From: Octopus vulgaris
Taxonomy: Eukaryota
NCBI GenBank assembly: GCA_951406725.2
Contig: OX597835.1
Span: forward strand, 3,286,001 to 3,350,000
Direction of reading: 5' to 3'
DNA: 64,000 bases
The notes beneath the pieces are model-generated. The model made no database searches, was not told where the DNA came from, and worked only from the letters and a program-made list of their open reading frames with translations. Shown one piece after another: positions 1-12,989 of this stretch. The position numbers and the translations under genes were made by a program. Positions within the stretch are counted from its first letter, which is position 1. Every line of letters starts with the position of its first letter.

Positions 1-1645
1 TCTAAATCCACAAAAAACTATATCTGGTTTGTTATACCTTTCGGGAAGCAAATCAAATCAAACCTTCCTTTACAATTCCGTGAAGCCGTAGCTAAGAACT
101 TTGCCAGGGATTCTAGGTATTACTCGATTATCAATTCGCATAGGGTAAGGATTGCATTCTCTAACACTAGAAATCTTTCACAAATTATCGCCTCCCATAA
201 TAATAAGCTGCTAAACAAAGATTCTTCACCCGGGAGTTACAACACTATTCTCACCAATTCCAACCAAACATACAATAGTAATGATAGAGGTAGTATTGAT
301 AACAGCAACATTCGTAACAGCGTTAGTATTAACAATGGTAATATTAGTAATAGTATTAGTCAGATTAATAACAGGGGTAGTGTTGATGGTAACAACGACA
401 GCATTTCTATTGTCAGAGATATTGCCGGTGATAGTACAACTAATAATAATAACAATAATAGAAATAGTGTAGTGATCAATGCTAGCAGTAATGGTAACAG
501 CAATCAGAACAATAGAAACTCCGTTTTGATCTCGGAGGAAAACCCGAATAGATTAAAGTTCTTATCCAGTAATTCCAAAATTAAAAACTCCATTTACCAG
601 TGTAGGATTTCTTCCATTACCGGTGTCTTCTATATTGGCGCGACAACTTCTCGATTGTTCCAGAGAATTTCCAATCATTATTCAACTTTCCGAGATAAGA
701 GAAAACAGCATACTACAGGACTAAGTAAATTAGTTTGGCGTCTTAAGGACAGCAATATAACTTTCAAACTGGACTGATCCATATTATCTGTATCCTTTCC
801 TTTTGATAAGGGCAGGAAATTCTGTGGCATCTGTAATTCCGAACTCTTCTTTATCCTTTTCTCCAAATTCCCCTTGGTAAACACAATTGTAGAAAAATCC
901 TATAAGTGTAAACATTGGCAGAGACATACTTTTCACTCATATGAATGATGATTAATATAGATAACCTCTTTGATTTTAATAATTTAGTTTCACTTCTACA
1001 ACACCACCATATACAATTCCTTTTTTCTACTGCGTTACACGAAGAATTACTACTAAATTTGTTGGGATATGTTTTTCCTCTTTCTCTCTGCATCTCCCCT
1101 CCTCTCTCGCTCTCTATCTCTCTCTCTCTATCATACCCACAATCGACACAAATCTGTCACCTCACTACTAAATGTTTCTGACATTTGTCACCCAACACAC
1201 ACAGTCACGCACACACACACACACAGAGGCAGAAATCCAGTTATATACATACACACGCAGAGGCACTCAAACTCATTAACAATAGCATGCACCCACGCAT
1301 CCCCATACAATACAGCTTGCACTCTATCCCCTTCCTATAACTTTCTCCTTCCAACCAAATTTGAACTCTTTAACTCCTTAGAACATTCTCCATCCAACCA
1401 ATTCTGACGTCATTGCTTATAACGGGAGATTTTAAACAAACACTCATTATTACTGTTGACATCATGTGGGCAGTCATCTAAAAGTTTTTGCTCTTCATGA
1501 TGCTGGAATTAGTTCCTTGTCTTTCCTGATGAGATGGCGGCATAATACACCCTTTATTCCTTCGGAATTAGGAATATGCAGCCTTCGAAACATGTGTCGA
1601 GAGTAAAGGAATTCTGTTAAAATCATCGTTCGACTCCATTCTTTC

Positions 1646-1648
<3 letters not shown>
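1..1648 (+). mobile_element. Penelope-like element, 3' portion (degenerate GIY-YIG endonuclease region plus 3' terminal region)
   Basis: Translation shows IWFVIPFG...RVRIAFSNTRNLSQIIASHNNK, then SIYQCRIS...FYIGAT...FQRISNHYSTFR...LSKLVWRLKD and a CGIC motif, typical of PLE GIY-YIG regions. In-frame stops are present. Ends in a hammerhead motif followed by (TA)n. Confidence 0.8.
1521..1603 (+). ncRNA. Type I hammerhead ribozyme (PLE-associated)
   Basis: ctttc-CTGATGA-[stem II ggcggcat...atgcagcc]-GAAAC-atgt-GTC-gagag. Stem I ctttc/gagag, minimal stem III containing palindromic ACATGT, GUC cleavage triplet. Confidence 0.8.
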
Positions 1649-1697
<49 letters not shown>

Positions 1698-1955
1698 GTG
1701 TAAGTGTATGTATGTGCGGGTGTCATTATTTGACATTTTTTCTACAATATTGCAACCTCTGTCAAGAAAATTTACGAGACTTTCAAGGAATTACAGAAAA
1801 ATCTTCCTCAAACCAAGTGCAACACGGGATGTGGCGTGGCAGCTGCAACAAAGGTCGTTGGCCATCCTCTACAGCTACGTCATCTCACCTATCACCGCGG
1901 GATGCGACTGAGCACATGATTATTTCTGGGGTATGTGGCCCATCGCTCCCTCCCA

Positions 1956-2003
<48 letters not shown>

Positions 2004-2469
2004 ACAATAATATTGTGTGACATTGCAATGTAAAATCTTAACATCCATATCCATAACTTAAAGGCCAATATCACAGCGAAGAACGAAGCACTGGGATTTT
2101 CTTACCGTTTCAATAGCTTAAAAACAAAGAGCACAGCGAATAACGAAACACCAAGTACTTGCGATGCTTTAATATTTTTATTTCATTGGAATTTCATTAA
2201 AATTTGACGGATTAATAGCATAAATATATTAGATATTAAATGTATTCGTCGTATTAAGTTGGGTTTGTAAGAAAAGTCACAGTTGTAAGTTATGGTTTGC
2301 AGATTTTCTCTTCTTTTACCATTTTCAGTTCTTGGTGCAACGCACGTGAATTCCTCTCCGGGATAAATTACAGAATCAAACTTCTGCTCGTTAATGTTTT
2401 ATATTTCACTATGTCTCTTGATGTTTATTCGTAGTTTTCTACTGCCATAGGATTCGACGATTGGTTAGA

Positions 2470-3060
2470 TAAGAGGAGGAGGAGGAGGAAGTGGGGAGGG
2501 AAGCGGGGAGGAGGAAGAAGAAGTGGGGAGGAGGAGGAAGAGGAGAGGCGGAGGAAGTGGGGAAAAGGAGGAATTGGGGAGGAGGAGGAGGAAGTGAGAA
2601 GTGTTGGAGGAGGATGAAGGGGAAGTGGAATAGGAGGAGGAGGATGAAGGGTGGAGGGAATGAGGAGGATGAAGGGGAAGTGGGGAGGAGGAGGAGGTGG
2701 ATGAAGGGTGGAGGGAATGCGGAGGATGAATGGGAAAATGAGGAATAGGGGGAAGAATGGAGGGAATGAGGATGATGAAGGGGAAGAGGAGAAGGGGAGG
2801 AGGAGGATGGAGAGTGTAGGAGGAGGAAGTGGGGAGGGAATGAGGAGGATGAATGGGAAGTGTAGGAGGAGGAAGTGGGGAAGGAATGAGGAGGATTAAT
2901 GGGAAGTGTAGGAGGAGGATTAATGGGAAGCAGAGGAATAGGGGGAAGAATGGAGGGAATGAGGATGATGAAGGCGAAGGAGGAGGAAGTGGAGGAGGAT
3001 GAAGTGTGGAGGAGGAGGAGGAAGAAGGGGAGGGAGTGAGGAGGGGGAGGAGGAAGATAG
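2470..3060. repeat. GGA-rich polypurine/polypyrimidine low-complexity tract (probable 3' UTR of gene copy 1)
   Basis: Degenerate gaggag/gggaatgaggaggatgaa repeats. A shorter inverted counterpart lies at ~61800-62210. Absent from copy 2. Confidence 0.85.
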
Positions 3061-3204
3061 AAGTAGTAGCAGCATGTTGTTGATCTTGTTGTTGAGTGTA
3101 TTTTTGCTGTTTTGTCTGCATTTCTTCTCATCGATTTCCGCCATCAATAAAAACAATCTTACGTCTGTAGTTTACCTTCAAACTTCACCAGAGCAACACG
3201 CCAA

Positions 3205-3418
3205 TTAGATGGTAAATTTACGAGAAAAAACCAGAAAAGCGATTACGGTTTGGACTATAATGTTATTAGTCACGTGAACCGAACCAGCCATATCTTTACG
3301 ACACGCGCAATAATCTCTTTGTTTCATACAGTCGTAACCGGCGCAGCATCTACATCTTTTATGTGGTCCGTGACCAGCACATGGACCTCTTGAACATGAA
3401 CTTCTCTTCAACATTTCA
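3205..3418 (-). CDS. Cys-rich peptide gene copy 1, mature-peptide exon: (S)EMLKR|SSCSRGPCAGHGPHKRCRCCAGYDCMKQRDYCACRKDMAGSVHVTNNIIVQTVIAFLVFSRKFTI*
   Basis: Acceptor tattttgtatttacag|T GAA ATG (phase 2), KR dibasic site, 8 Cys conserved with the paralogous exons at 33132-33267 and 61449-61662. Confidence 0.85.
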
Positions 3419-4800
3419 CTGTAAATACAAAATATAGTAGAGAATACAAAATATTATTAAACTAGCAGAGATACCCGGCGTTGCCCATGTTACATGCAAT
3501 TGAAGAATTAGACTTTTCTGTTATATTTTCTGTAATGAACTGGAATACCTATGATTCGAATTTCTTCAAAATTGCAGATGAGCGTTGGTTCCCTCTTTAC
3601 ACACCCTAAAAAAATTGTAATCGTGCTACATGTATCCCATACTACTGATTTTTATGCGCATATTCCAAAATTCCAGTCTTATCGAATCTGTTAAAAGGAT
3701 TTTGCTCCTGAAAAATGAGGATCATGGAGCTCTAAAATGTGAGAGTTAAGGCCCCTGTTGGGCGTGGGTGTCTTAATGTCAAGCAGAGAAGTTGCAGTGT
3801 TGAGAATCTTTTTAACTTGGGTCTTATATCTATTGTTTGAATTTCTTTGAAATAGGAAATATATGTTCACTGGGTTTGTAAAAGAGAGCAAAGCTACAGG
3901 AAACGAAAAGACGAATGATCACAATAAGCGGTCAGCTACCCTACCCTAGTCGTTACCACTTCCAAAGTAGGCTTTCTCACCATCCAGGTGACAGGCACAG
4001 CTGTTAGATGCATTATGGATCTATAGCAATTGGAAGGGCGTGACCCAACTGAAATAAACATTAACAACTGTGTGACGTGAGGGCTAAGGAGAAATGAAAA
4101 TGTCACCTCTGGAGTTTGCAAATGACCACTACACTGATACGTAACTGGGCAGAATAAATTTGCAATCTATAAATGTCTTTGAATAACAAGTCACTCATCT
4201 GGGATGGCCTTGAAATCAGTGTTACCATCTGGGGACTATGTGTGACCCAGTGGTAATAAAATGACTGAAAGAAGGTCTGCAATCAAATAACTTTACTCAA
4301 CACTTTGCAACTGAATCAGTGGTGGCAAAGATGCCTGTCATTTACTTAACAATTTATGCAGCACATTGCAGAAATCACGATGTAAGTGTATGTGAAAGCA
4401 AACTGTTAAACTTTTGCACCATTGAATAATGCTCATCTTTTATGCTCTGGTAACCCTACAGCTTCTAAGAGCACAACTGCATTCGTTTTTGCTTAGATAA
4501 AATGACAAAATTGTGGGTGTTAAGTCCCCATGGAGGGGTCTTTCTAACTGGTAAGAAGATGAAATTTTTTAAAAATTACTTCATTTGTGTCTAATATCTA
4601 CGGTTAAAATTTTATCAACAGGAAAAATATATGAATTGTCATGGTGGTTATGGCCCTTATGCATAGAATATAATATCCAAATTTCATAAAGATCCATTCA
4701 GTACTTTTGACCTAGTTTTGGATCGTAAAAGACATGACTAAAATTTGGGAGTTAAGGGCGCCATTAGGGTGTTATATATATATATATATATATATATAAA

Positions 4801-4836
<36 letters not shown>

Positions 4837-5089
4837 GTTAAATTGATAGATACAACTGAGTGCGCAAACAAAAATATGAGACACAGCCTAGTGCTTTTTT
4901 ATGTTGATAAGCCTGGTACTTATTCTACTAGTTTGTTCTTGTGATACCAATATGTTATGGGGATGTAAATAAATGAAAAGCATTTGTGAAACAGTTATGA
5001 GTGTAAAACCAGAGACAAAGACACATACATACACTTACATATATACATACATATATATAAGATTGATTTGTTTCAGTTCCTGTCTACGA

Positions 5090-5515
5090 AATCCATATAT
5101 ATACATACACACACACACACACATACACAAAGATAAATTGATAGATACAACTGAGTGGGAAAACAAAAATAAGAGACACCGCCTAGTGGGTTTTTTTTAT
5201 TTTGATATTCCTGGTACTTATTCTATCAGTTTCTTCTGACACCAGTAAGTTATGGGGATTTAAATAAACCAACACTAGTTGTGAAGCAGTGATGAGGGAG
5301 AAACGCAAAGACACACTCATAGACTTACATTTATATATACATATATATATACAATTCATTTCTTTCAATTTCTGTCTAAAGAATCCACTGACAAGGCTTT
5401 GGTTGGTCTGAGGCTATAGCAGAAGACACATGCCAAGTTACCACACAGTGGGACTGAACTGAGGACCATGTGTTTTGGAACCAAGTTTGTTACCACACAG
5501 CCACACCTGCACCTA
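5090..5515 (-). mobile_element. tRNA-derived SINE (abundant family with internal CA/TA microsatellite), degenerate; partial tandem copy at ~4830-5090
   Basis: Head gcaggtgtggctgtgtggtaa...agttcagtcccactgtgtgg and body aaagccttgtcagtggatt...gaaattgaaagaa match the copies at 19150-19630 and 22495-22895. Confidence 0.65.
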
Positions 5516-6269
5516 TGTATGTGTGTGTGTGTGTGGAAGGTCACATTGACACACAACGAAGCCGGCAGCCCAGAATGAAAGCACAGAGTTTACAGAAAGC
5601 TATTGGCTCATTTCTTGCCCAAACATTATGCACAAACTGAATGCTGCCACATTCCTTCACTACCATTTTGAGTCCAACGACATGATGACAGATGTACAGG
5701 AAGGTGAAAAGTGGTGAATGTGGGGATGGCCGGAACAGATTTTCAGAAACAAACCTCCACTGTTTGAAGTGAACGAAAGAAAAACCGTTGGAAACTTGCA
5801 ACAGTATCGCTTGATTGTGGACATTCTATTCCCCCATTATATCCTATTACTTTTGACGACATCACACATAGGATCAACAGCTACCAAAAAATATCAAGGT
5901 ACTACCGCCCTATGCGACACGACGTTGTGTCCAACACAAGAGAAACAATGCCATTCCGGTAGGAAGATTGTCCTGGAATGTATATAGTGAAACCCTGTTG
6001 TTACATACATACATAGACATCAACGAAACGAATGCTGGTGGAATATTAACATCAGAATATCTGTCAATGTAAAAATAACCGGTCGGATAACATAACTTGA
6101 AGCAAGCAAGAAAATGCAAAAACTGTCATAGAGATCTCCGGTCTTGCTCGCATGAATATCTCTTTGGAAACCAAAGAGGAGGATGGTAACACTGGACAAC
6201 TGTTGCAACGCTTCAGCTTCTGTTGGGTTGTGCGGAATGTTCGTGCCGATTTTTAAAGGAAAGAAAAAG

Positions 6270-6540
6270 GTCAATAAATACTTGCCCATTACATTTTTAA
6301 TCAACCAAATATGAACCATTTTGTTTCACAATGATCTCAATCTATCATTTAACTTGAAAATACCCTCTTCCCAGAATTGAAGTGGTTTCATGGCAAAGAA
6401 TTCATCAAGGTATCCTCTTATGTCATCCAAGGAATTGAAATTTTTACCATTAAGACTATTCTGCAGGGACAGAAATAAGTGAAAATCCGAAGGAGCAATA
6501 TCTAGTGAATACGCAGCCGAGCTGCAGCAATTTTTGTCTG
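6270..6540 (-). mobile_element. Mariner (Tc1/mariner) transposase 3' fragment
   Basis: AYSLDIAPSDFHLFLSLQNSLNGKNF...FWEEGIFKL corresponds to the mariner YSPDLAPSD motif and C-terminus. Confidence 0.85.
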
Positions 6541-6634
6541 ATTCCCAAAGCATCAAGTGCCGAAAATGAACTTTCTTATCTTGCCAATACTAAATTAATT
6601 ACATTTGCATGAGACGTACATATGTTGTTCTTAC

Positions 6635-6683
6635 CTCATATTTACTCTCCTGAAACCTATCTCTTGATGGAAGGGAGCGACAT
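6635..6683 (-). CDS. Cys-rich peptide gene copy 1, propeptide exon (49 bp): (N)VAPFHQEIGFRRVNM(S)
   Basis: atatctcttttag|AT...AG|gtaaga. Phase 1 in and phase 2 out, matching the neighbouring exons exactly. Confidence 0.8.
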
Positions 6684-6780
6684 CTAAAAGAGATATTAAA
6701 ATGTATATGGAAGAAGTAAATATCCATTTACCGATATTTCGTGTAGAAATACACAAAATACCCATGAAGCACTCAACAGG

Positions 6781-9700
6781 TAATTCATTGAATAGAGGAG
6801 AATGTATCAAATGGAGGATAATGTATAATTCATTGAATAGAGGAGAATGTATCAAATGGAGGAAAATGTATAATTCATTGAATAGAGGAGAATGTATCAA
6901 ATGGAGGATAATGTATAATTCATTGAATGGAGGAGAATGTATCAAATGGAGGATAATGTATAATTCATTGAATAGAGGAGAATGTACCAAATGGAGGATA
7001 ATGTATAATTCATTGAATGGAGGAGAATGTATCAAATGGAGGATAATGTATAATTCATTGAATGGAAGAGAATGTATCAAATGGAGGATAATGTATAATT
7101 CATTGAATAGAGGAGAATGTATCATATGGAGAATAATGTATAATTCATTGAATAGAGGAGAACGTATCAAATGGAGGATAATGTATAATTCATTGAATAG
7201 AGGAGAATGTATCAAATGGAGGATAATGTATAATTCATTGAATAGAGGAGAATGTATCAAATGGAGGATAATGTATAATTCATTGAATAGAGGAGAATGT
7301 ATCAAATGGAGGATAATGTATAATTCATTGAATAGAGGAGAATGTATCAAATGGAGGATAATGTATAATTCATTGAATAGAGGAGAATGTATCAAACGGA
7401 GGATAATGTATAATTCATTGAATAGAGGAGAATGTATCAAATGGAGGATAATGTATAATTCATTGAATGGAGGAGAATGTATCAAATGGAGGATAATGTA
7501 TAATTCATTGAATAGAGGAGAATGTATCAAATGGAGGATAATGTATAATTCATAATGTATCATTGAATAGAGGAGAATGTATCAAATGGAGGATAATGTA
7601 TAATTCATTGAATAGAGGAGAATGTATCAAATGGAGGATAATGTATAATTCATTGAATAGAGGAGAATGTATCAAATGGAGGATAATGTATAATTCATTG
7701 AATAGAGGAGAATGTATCAAATGGAGGATAATGTATAATTCATTGAATGGAGGAGAATGTATCAAATGGAGGATAATGTATAATTCATTGAATAGAGGAG
7801 AATGTATCAAATGGAGGATAATGTATAATCCATTGAATAGAGGAGAATGTATCAAATGGAGGATAATGTATAATTCATTGAATAGAGGAGAATGTATCAA
7901 ATGGAGGATAATGTATAATCCATTGAATAGAGGAGAATGTATCAAATGGAGGATAATGTATAATTCATTGAATAGAGGAGAATGTATCAAATGGAGGATA
8001 ATGTATAATTCATTGAATAGAGGAGAATGTATCAAATGGAGGATAATGTATATTCATTGAATAGAGAGAATGTATCAAATGGAGGATAATGATAATGTAA
8101 TGTATAATTCATTGAATAGAGGAGTATGAATGTATCAAATGGAGGATAATGTATAATTCATTGAATAGAGGAGAATGTATCAAATGGAGGATAATGTATA
8201 ATTCATTGAATAGAGGAGAATGTATCAAATGGAGGATAATGTATAATTCATTGAATAGAGGAGAATGTATCAAATGGAGGATAATGTATAATTCATTGAA
8301 TAGAGGAGAATGTATCAAATGGAGGATAATGTATAATTCATTGAATAAGGAGAATGTATCAAATGGAGGATAATGTAATTCATTGAATAGAGGAGAATGT
8401 ATCAAATGGAGGATAATGTATAATTCATTGAATAGAGGAGAATGTATCAAATGGAGGATAATGTATAATTCATTGAATAGAGGAGAATGTATCAAATGGA
8501 GGATAATGTATAATTCATTGAATAGAGGAGAATGTATCAAATGGAGGATAATGTATAATTCATTGAATAGAGGAGAATGTATCAAATGGAGGATAATGTA
8601 TAATTCAAATGGAGGATAAATGTATAAATTCATTGAATTCATTGAATGAGGAGAATGTATCAAATGGAGGATAATGTATAATTCATTGAATAGAGGAGAA
8701 TGTATCAAATGGAGGATAATGTATAATTCATTGAATGGAGGAGAATGTATCAAATGGAGGATAATGTATAATTCATTGAATAGAGGAGAATGTATCAAAT
8801 GGAGGATAATGTATAATTCATTGAATAGAGGAGAATGTATCAAATGGAGGATAATGTATAATTCATTGAATAGAGGAGAATGTATCAAATGGAGGATAAT
8901 GTATAATTCATTGAATAGAGGAGAATGTATCAAATGGAGGATAATGTATAATTCATTGAATAGAGGAGAATGTATCAAATGGAGGATAATGTATAATTCA
9001 TTGAATAGAGGAGAATGTATCAAATGGAGGATAATGTATAATTCATTGAATGAGGAGAATGTATCAAATGGAGGATAATGTATAATTCATTGAATAGAGG
9101 AGAATGTATCAAATGGAGGATAATGTATAATTCATTGAATGAGGAGAATGTATCAATGGAGGATAATGATCATGAATAGAGGAGAATGTATCAAATGGAG
9201 GATAGGATGTATAATTCATTGAATAGAGGAGAATGTATCAAATGGAGGATAATGTATAATTCATTGAATAGAGAGAATGTATCAAATGGAGGATAATGTA
9301 TAATTCATTGAATGGAGGAGAATGTATCAAATGGAGGATAATGTATAATTCATTGAATGGGGAGAATGTATCAAATGGAGGATAATGTATAATTCATTGA
9401 ATGAGGAGAATGTATCAAATGGAGGATAATGTATAATTCATTGAATAGAGGAGAATGTATCAAATGGAGGATAATGTATAATTCATTGAATAGAGGAGAA
9501 TGTATCAAATGGAGGATAATGTATAATTCATTGAATAGAGGAGAATGTATCAAATGGAGGATAATGTATAATTCATTGAATAGAGGAGAATGTATCAAAT
9601 GGAGGATAATGTATAATTCATTGAATAGAGGAGAATGTATCAAATGGAGGATAATGTATAATTCATTGAATAGAGGAGAATGTATCAAATGGAGGATAAT

Positions 9701-11525
9701 GTATAATTCATTGAATAGAGGAGAATGTATCAAATGGAGGATAATGTATAATTCATTGAGGAGAATGTATCAAATGGAGGATAATGTATAATTCATTGAA
9801 TAGGAGAATGTATCAAATGGAGGATAATGTATAATTCATTGAATGGAGGGAGAATGTATCAAATGGAGGATAATGTATAATTCATTGAATAGAGGAGAAT
9901 GTATCAAATGGAGGATAATGTATAATTCATTGAATAGAGGAGAATGTATCAAATGGAGGATAATGTATAATTCATTGAATGGAGGAGAATGTATCAAATG
10001 GAGGATAATGTATAATTCATTGAATGGAGGAGAATGTATCAAATGGAGGATAATGTATAATTCATTGAATAGAGGAGAATGTATCAAATGGAGGATAATG
10101 TATAATTCATTGAATGGAGGAGAATGTATCAAATGGAGGATAATGTATAATTCATTGAATGGAGGAGAATGTATCAAATGGAGGATAATGTATAATTCAT
10201 TGAATAGAGGAGAATGTATCAAATGGAGGATAATGTATAATTCATTGAATAGAGGAGAATGTATCAAATGGAGGATAATGTATAATTCATTGAATAGAGG
10301 AGAATGTATCAAATGGAGGATAATGTATAATTCATTGAATAGAGGAGAATGTATCAAATGGAGGATAATGTATAATTCATTGAATAGAGGAGAATGTATC
10401 AAATGGAGGATAATGTATAATTCATTGAATAGAGGAGAATGTATCAAATGGAGGATAATGTATAATTCATTGAATAGAGGAGAATGTATCAAATGGAGGA
10501 TAATGTATAATTCATTGAATAGAGGAGAATGTATCAAATGGAGGATAATGTATAATTCATTGAATAGGAGGAGAATGTATGTATCAAATGGAGGATAATG
10601 TATAATTCATTGAATAGGAGAATGTAGAGTCTATCAAATGGAGGATAATGTATAATCATTGAATGAGAGAATGTATCAAATGGAGGATAATGTATAATTC
10701 ATTGAATAGAGGAGAATGTATCAAATGGAGGATAATGTATAATTCATTGAATAGAGGAGGAGGATAATGTATAATTCATTGAATAGGAGGAGAATGTATC
10801 AAATGGAGGATAATGTATAATTCATTGAATAGAGGAGAATGTATCAAATGGAGGATAATGTATAATTCATTGAATAGAGGAGAATGTATCAAATGGAGGA
10901 TAATGTATAATTCATTGAATAGAGGAGGAATGTATCAAATGGAGGATAATGTATAATTCATTGAATAGAGGAGAATGTATCAAATGGAGGATAATGTATA
11001 ATTCATTGAATGAAGAATGTATCAAATGGAGGTATAATGAATAGAGGAATGTATCAAATGGAGGATAATGTATAATTCAAATGGAGGATAATGTATAATT
11101 CATTGAATAGAGGAGAATGTATCAAATGGAGGATAATGTATAATTCATTGAATAGAGGAGAATGTATCAAATGGAGGATAATAGAGGAGAATGTATCAAA
11201 TATAATTCATTGAATAGAGGAGAATGTATCAAATGGAGGATAATGTATAATTCATTGAATAGAGGAGAATGTATCAAATGGAGGATAATGTATAATTCAT
11301 TGAATAGAGGAGAATGTATCAAATGGAGGATAATGTATAATTCATTGAATGAGGAGAATGTATCAAATGGAGGATAATGTATAATTCATTGAATGGAGGA
11401 GAATGTATCAAATGGAGGATAATGTATAATTCATTGAATAATGTATCAAATGGAGGATAATGTATAATTCATTGAATATGTATCAAATGGAGGATAATGT
11501 ATAATTCATTGAATGAGGAGAATTC
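6781..11525. repeat. 45-bp minisatellite, ~105 units (aattcattgaatagaggagaatgtatcaaatggaggataatgtat), intronic
   Basis: Head-to-tail near-identical 45-mers with no spacers. Count estimated as ~4745/45. Confidence 0.97.
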
Positions 11526-12077
11526 CTCAAACACTAAATATTCATCTCTGTAGTGATGGATGTTTTTAATACACAAAAGGAGATAAAACCAATAAAGAGC
11601 AATAAAGGAATGGCAAGTGAAACATTATATACATCATTTGCTGATTCTCTTCCCTTAATTATTTTCATAATGAAGAATTCTAAAGCGTCGGCGTGTGAAA
11701 ATCGTTAGCTCGACAAAATATGCTTAGAGGAATTGCGTTCGTGCTTACGTTCTGATCAAATACAGGAGTAACAGATGAGAGCACACCACTAGAATTCTTC
11801 TCGATTTGTATATAAAAGATTCGTCAGTTTATTTTGTTAATTAAATGTCATATATTATATAGAAGAAGCGTAAATCCGTATACTCGGTCTAAGAGTAGTG
11901 TATATAAAAAGTGAGTTATTTATTTGAAAGCTGTTAAAACATATAAATGGAGTATAACCGAAAGACCGCTGAGGTAGCCTTATTCATTTTCCTCTTTCCA
12001 CCTTTCTATTTTCCCCCTTTTTTCCCCACTACATTTCACATTATTATAAAATAAAAGAAATTTACAATTATACTTAC

Positions 12078-12123
12078 TTTGTTTTACCGAGAAGGTGTAT
12101 GAAATGAATACATGTAAATTCAT
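12078..12123 (-). CDS. Cys-rich peptide gene copy 1, signal-peptide exon; 5' half replaced by satellite-like sequence in this assembly (reads MNLHVFISYTFSVKQ)
   Basis: 3' part GTA TTC ATT TCA TAC ACC TTC TCG GTA AAA CAA A|gtaagt matches copies 2 and 3. The upstream part and acceptor are replaced by 45-mer sequence. Confidence 0.55.
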
Positions 12124-12989
12124 TGAATAGGAGAATGTATCAAATGGAGGATAATGATAGACAAATATAGCAGGAGAGTCATTAATGGAGGATAATGCAT
12201 TTTTTTCATTGACAAAGAAGGAGAATGTCTATCAAATGGAAGTTTAGGTAACAATTCATCTTTTATGAGGAGAATGAAAATCCAAGATAATTACCATTGA
12301 ATAAACAATTAGTAAATGGAGGATAATGTATAATTGCCCCAATTGAATAAGGTAGAATGTATCAAATGGAGGATAATGTATAATTCATTGAATAGAGGAG
12401 AATGCCTTCAAATGGAGGATAATGTATAATTCATCCATACTGTTCAACACTGGAGGATGAATGTATAATTCATTGAATAGAGGAGAATGTATCTGACTTC
12501 TATAATGTATAATTTCTGTTGCAATAGAAATATGGAGTGTCACTTTGTATCTGACAGAATGTTCTTTGTGAAATGTACACAGTCAAAAGTATTTTTCTCT
12601 ATTTTCTATAACCAAAATCAGGCTTTGCTGCACATTTCACTGCATATTTGATTAACGTGTTGCACCGGCAGTATCTAACACCATACCTGAGTAAACATAA
12701 TTGTTTGCTGTTAAACACATGTGTCATTTGATCCGCGCACACAAACTTACGCAATCGACCTTTTCTGAAATACAACACTATCTGAAAGAGCATAATATTA
12801 CGTATGAATTTTAATTAACGGCCTCTCTAATTTCTTTTATCTATTCAGCTACTAATCTCGGCAAGGAAGAACTAGGCAAAGAAATCGATGAACAGGTACT
12901 CCAGGTATACAGCTTATACCAGAAGAATGTTATGCATTGGTACACATACGGCAATTACAAACGGTTTAAGCTCTACCACTACCACCATC

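Noticed and set aside
2439-3156. Pro/Ser-rich ORFs of 218-230 aa (and 61711-62233)
   Set aside because: Open in several frames because of polypyrimidine composition; indels between copies; lies downstream of the peptide stop codon.
5560-6250. Coding-like intronic segment, possibly a decayed DNA transposase
   Set aside because: No diagnostic motif could be read with confidence; a BLASTx search is needed.
6631-11377. Long ORFs of 15-aa repeats (YNSLNRGECIKWRIM / LFNELYIILHLIHSP) on both strands; also considered as a CRISPR-like array
   Set aside because: A 45-bp unit is a multiple of 3, so stop-free frames arise automatically. The frames break often, there are no unique spacers, and the array is intronic and absent from the paralogs.
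12849-12904. Exon-like plus-strand stretch (ttttatctattcag|...TNLGKEELGKEIDEQ|gt)
   Set aside because: Antisense within the putative first intron of the peptide gene; no phase-compatible partner exons found; conservation is no higher than the flanks.
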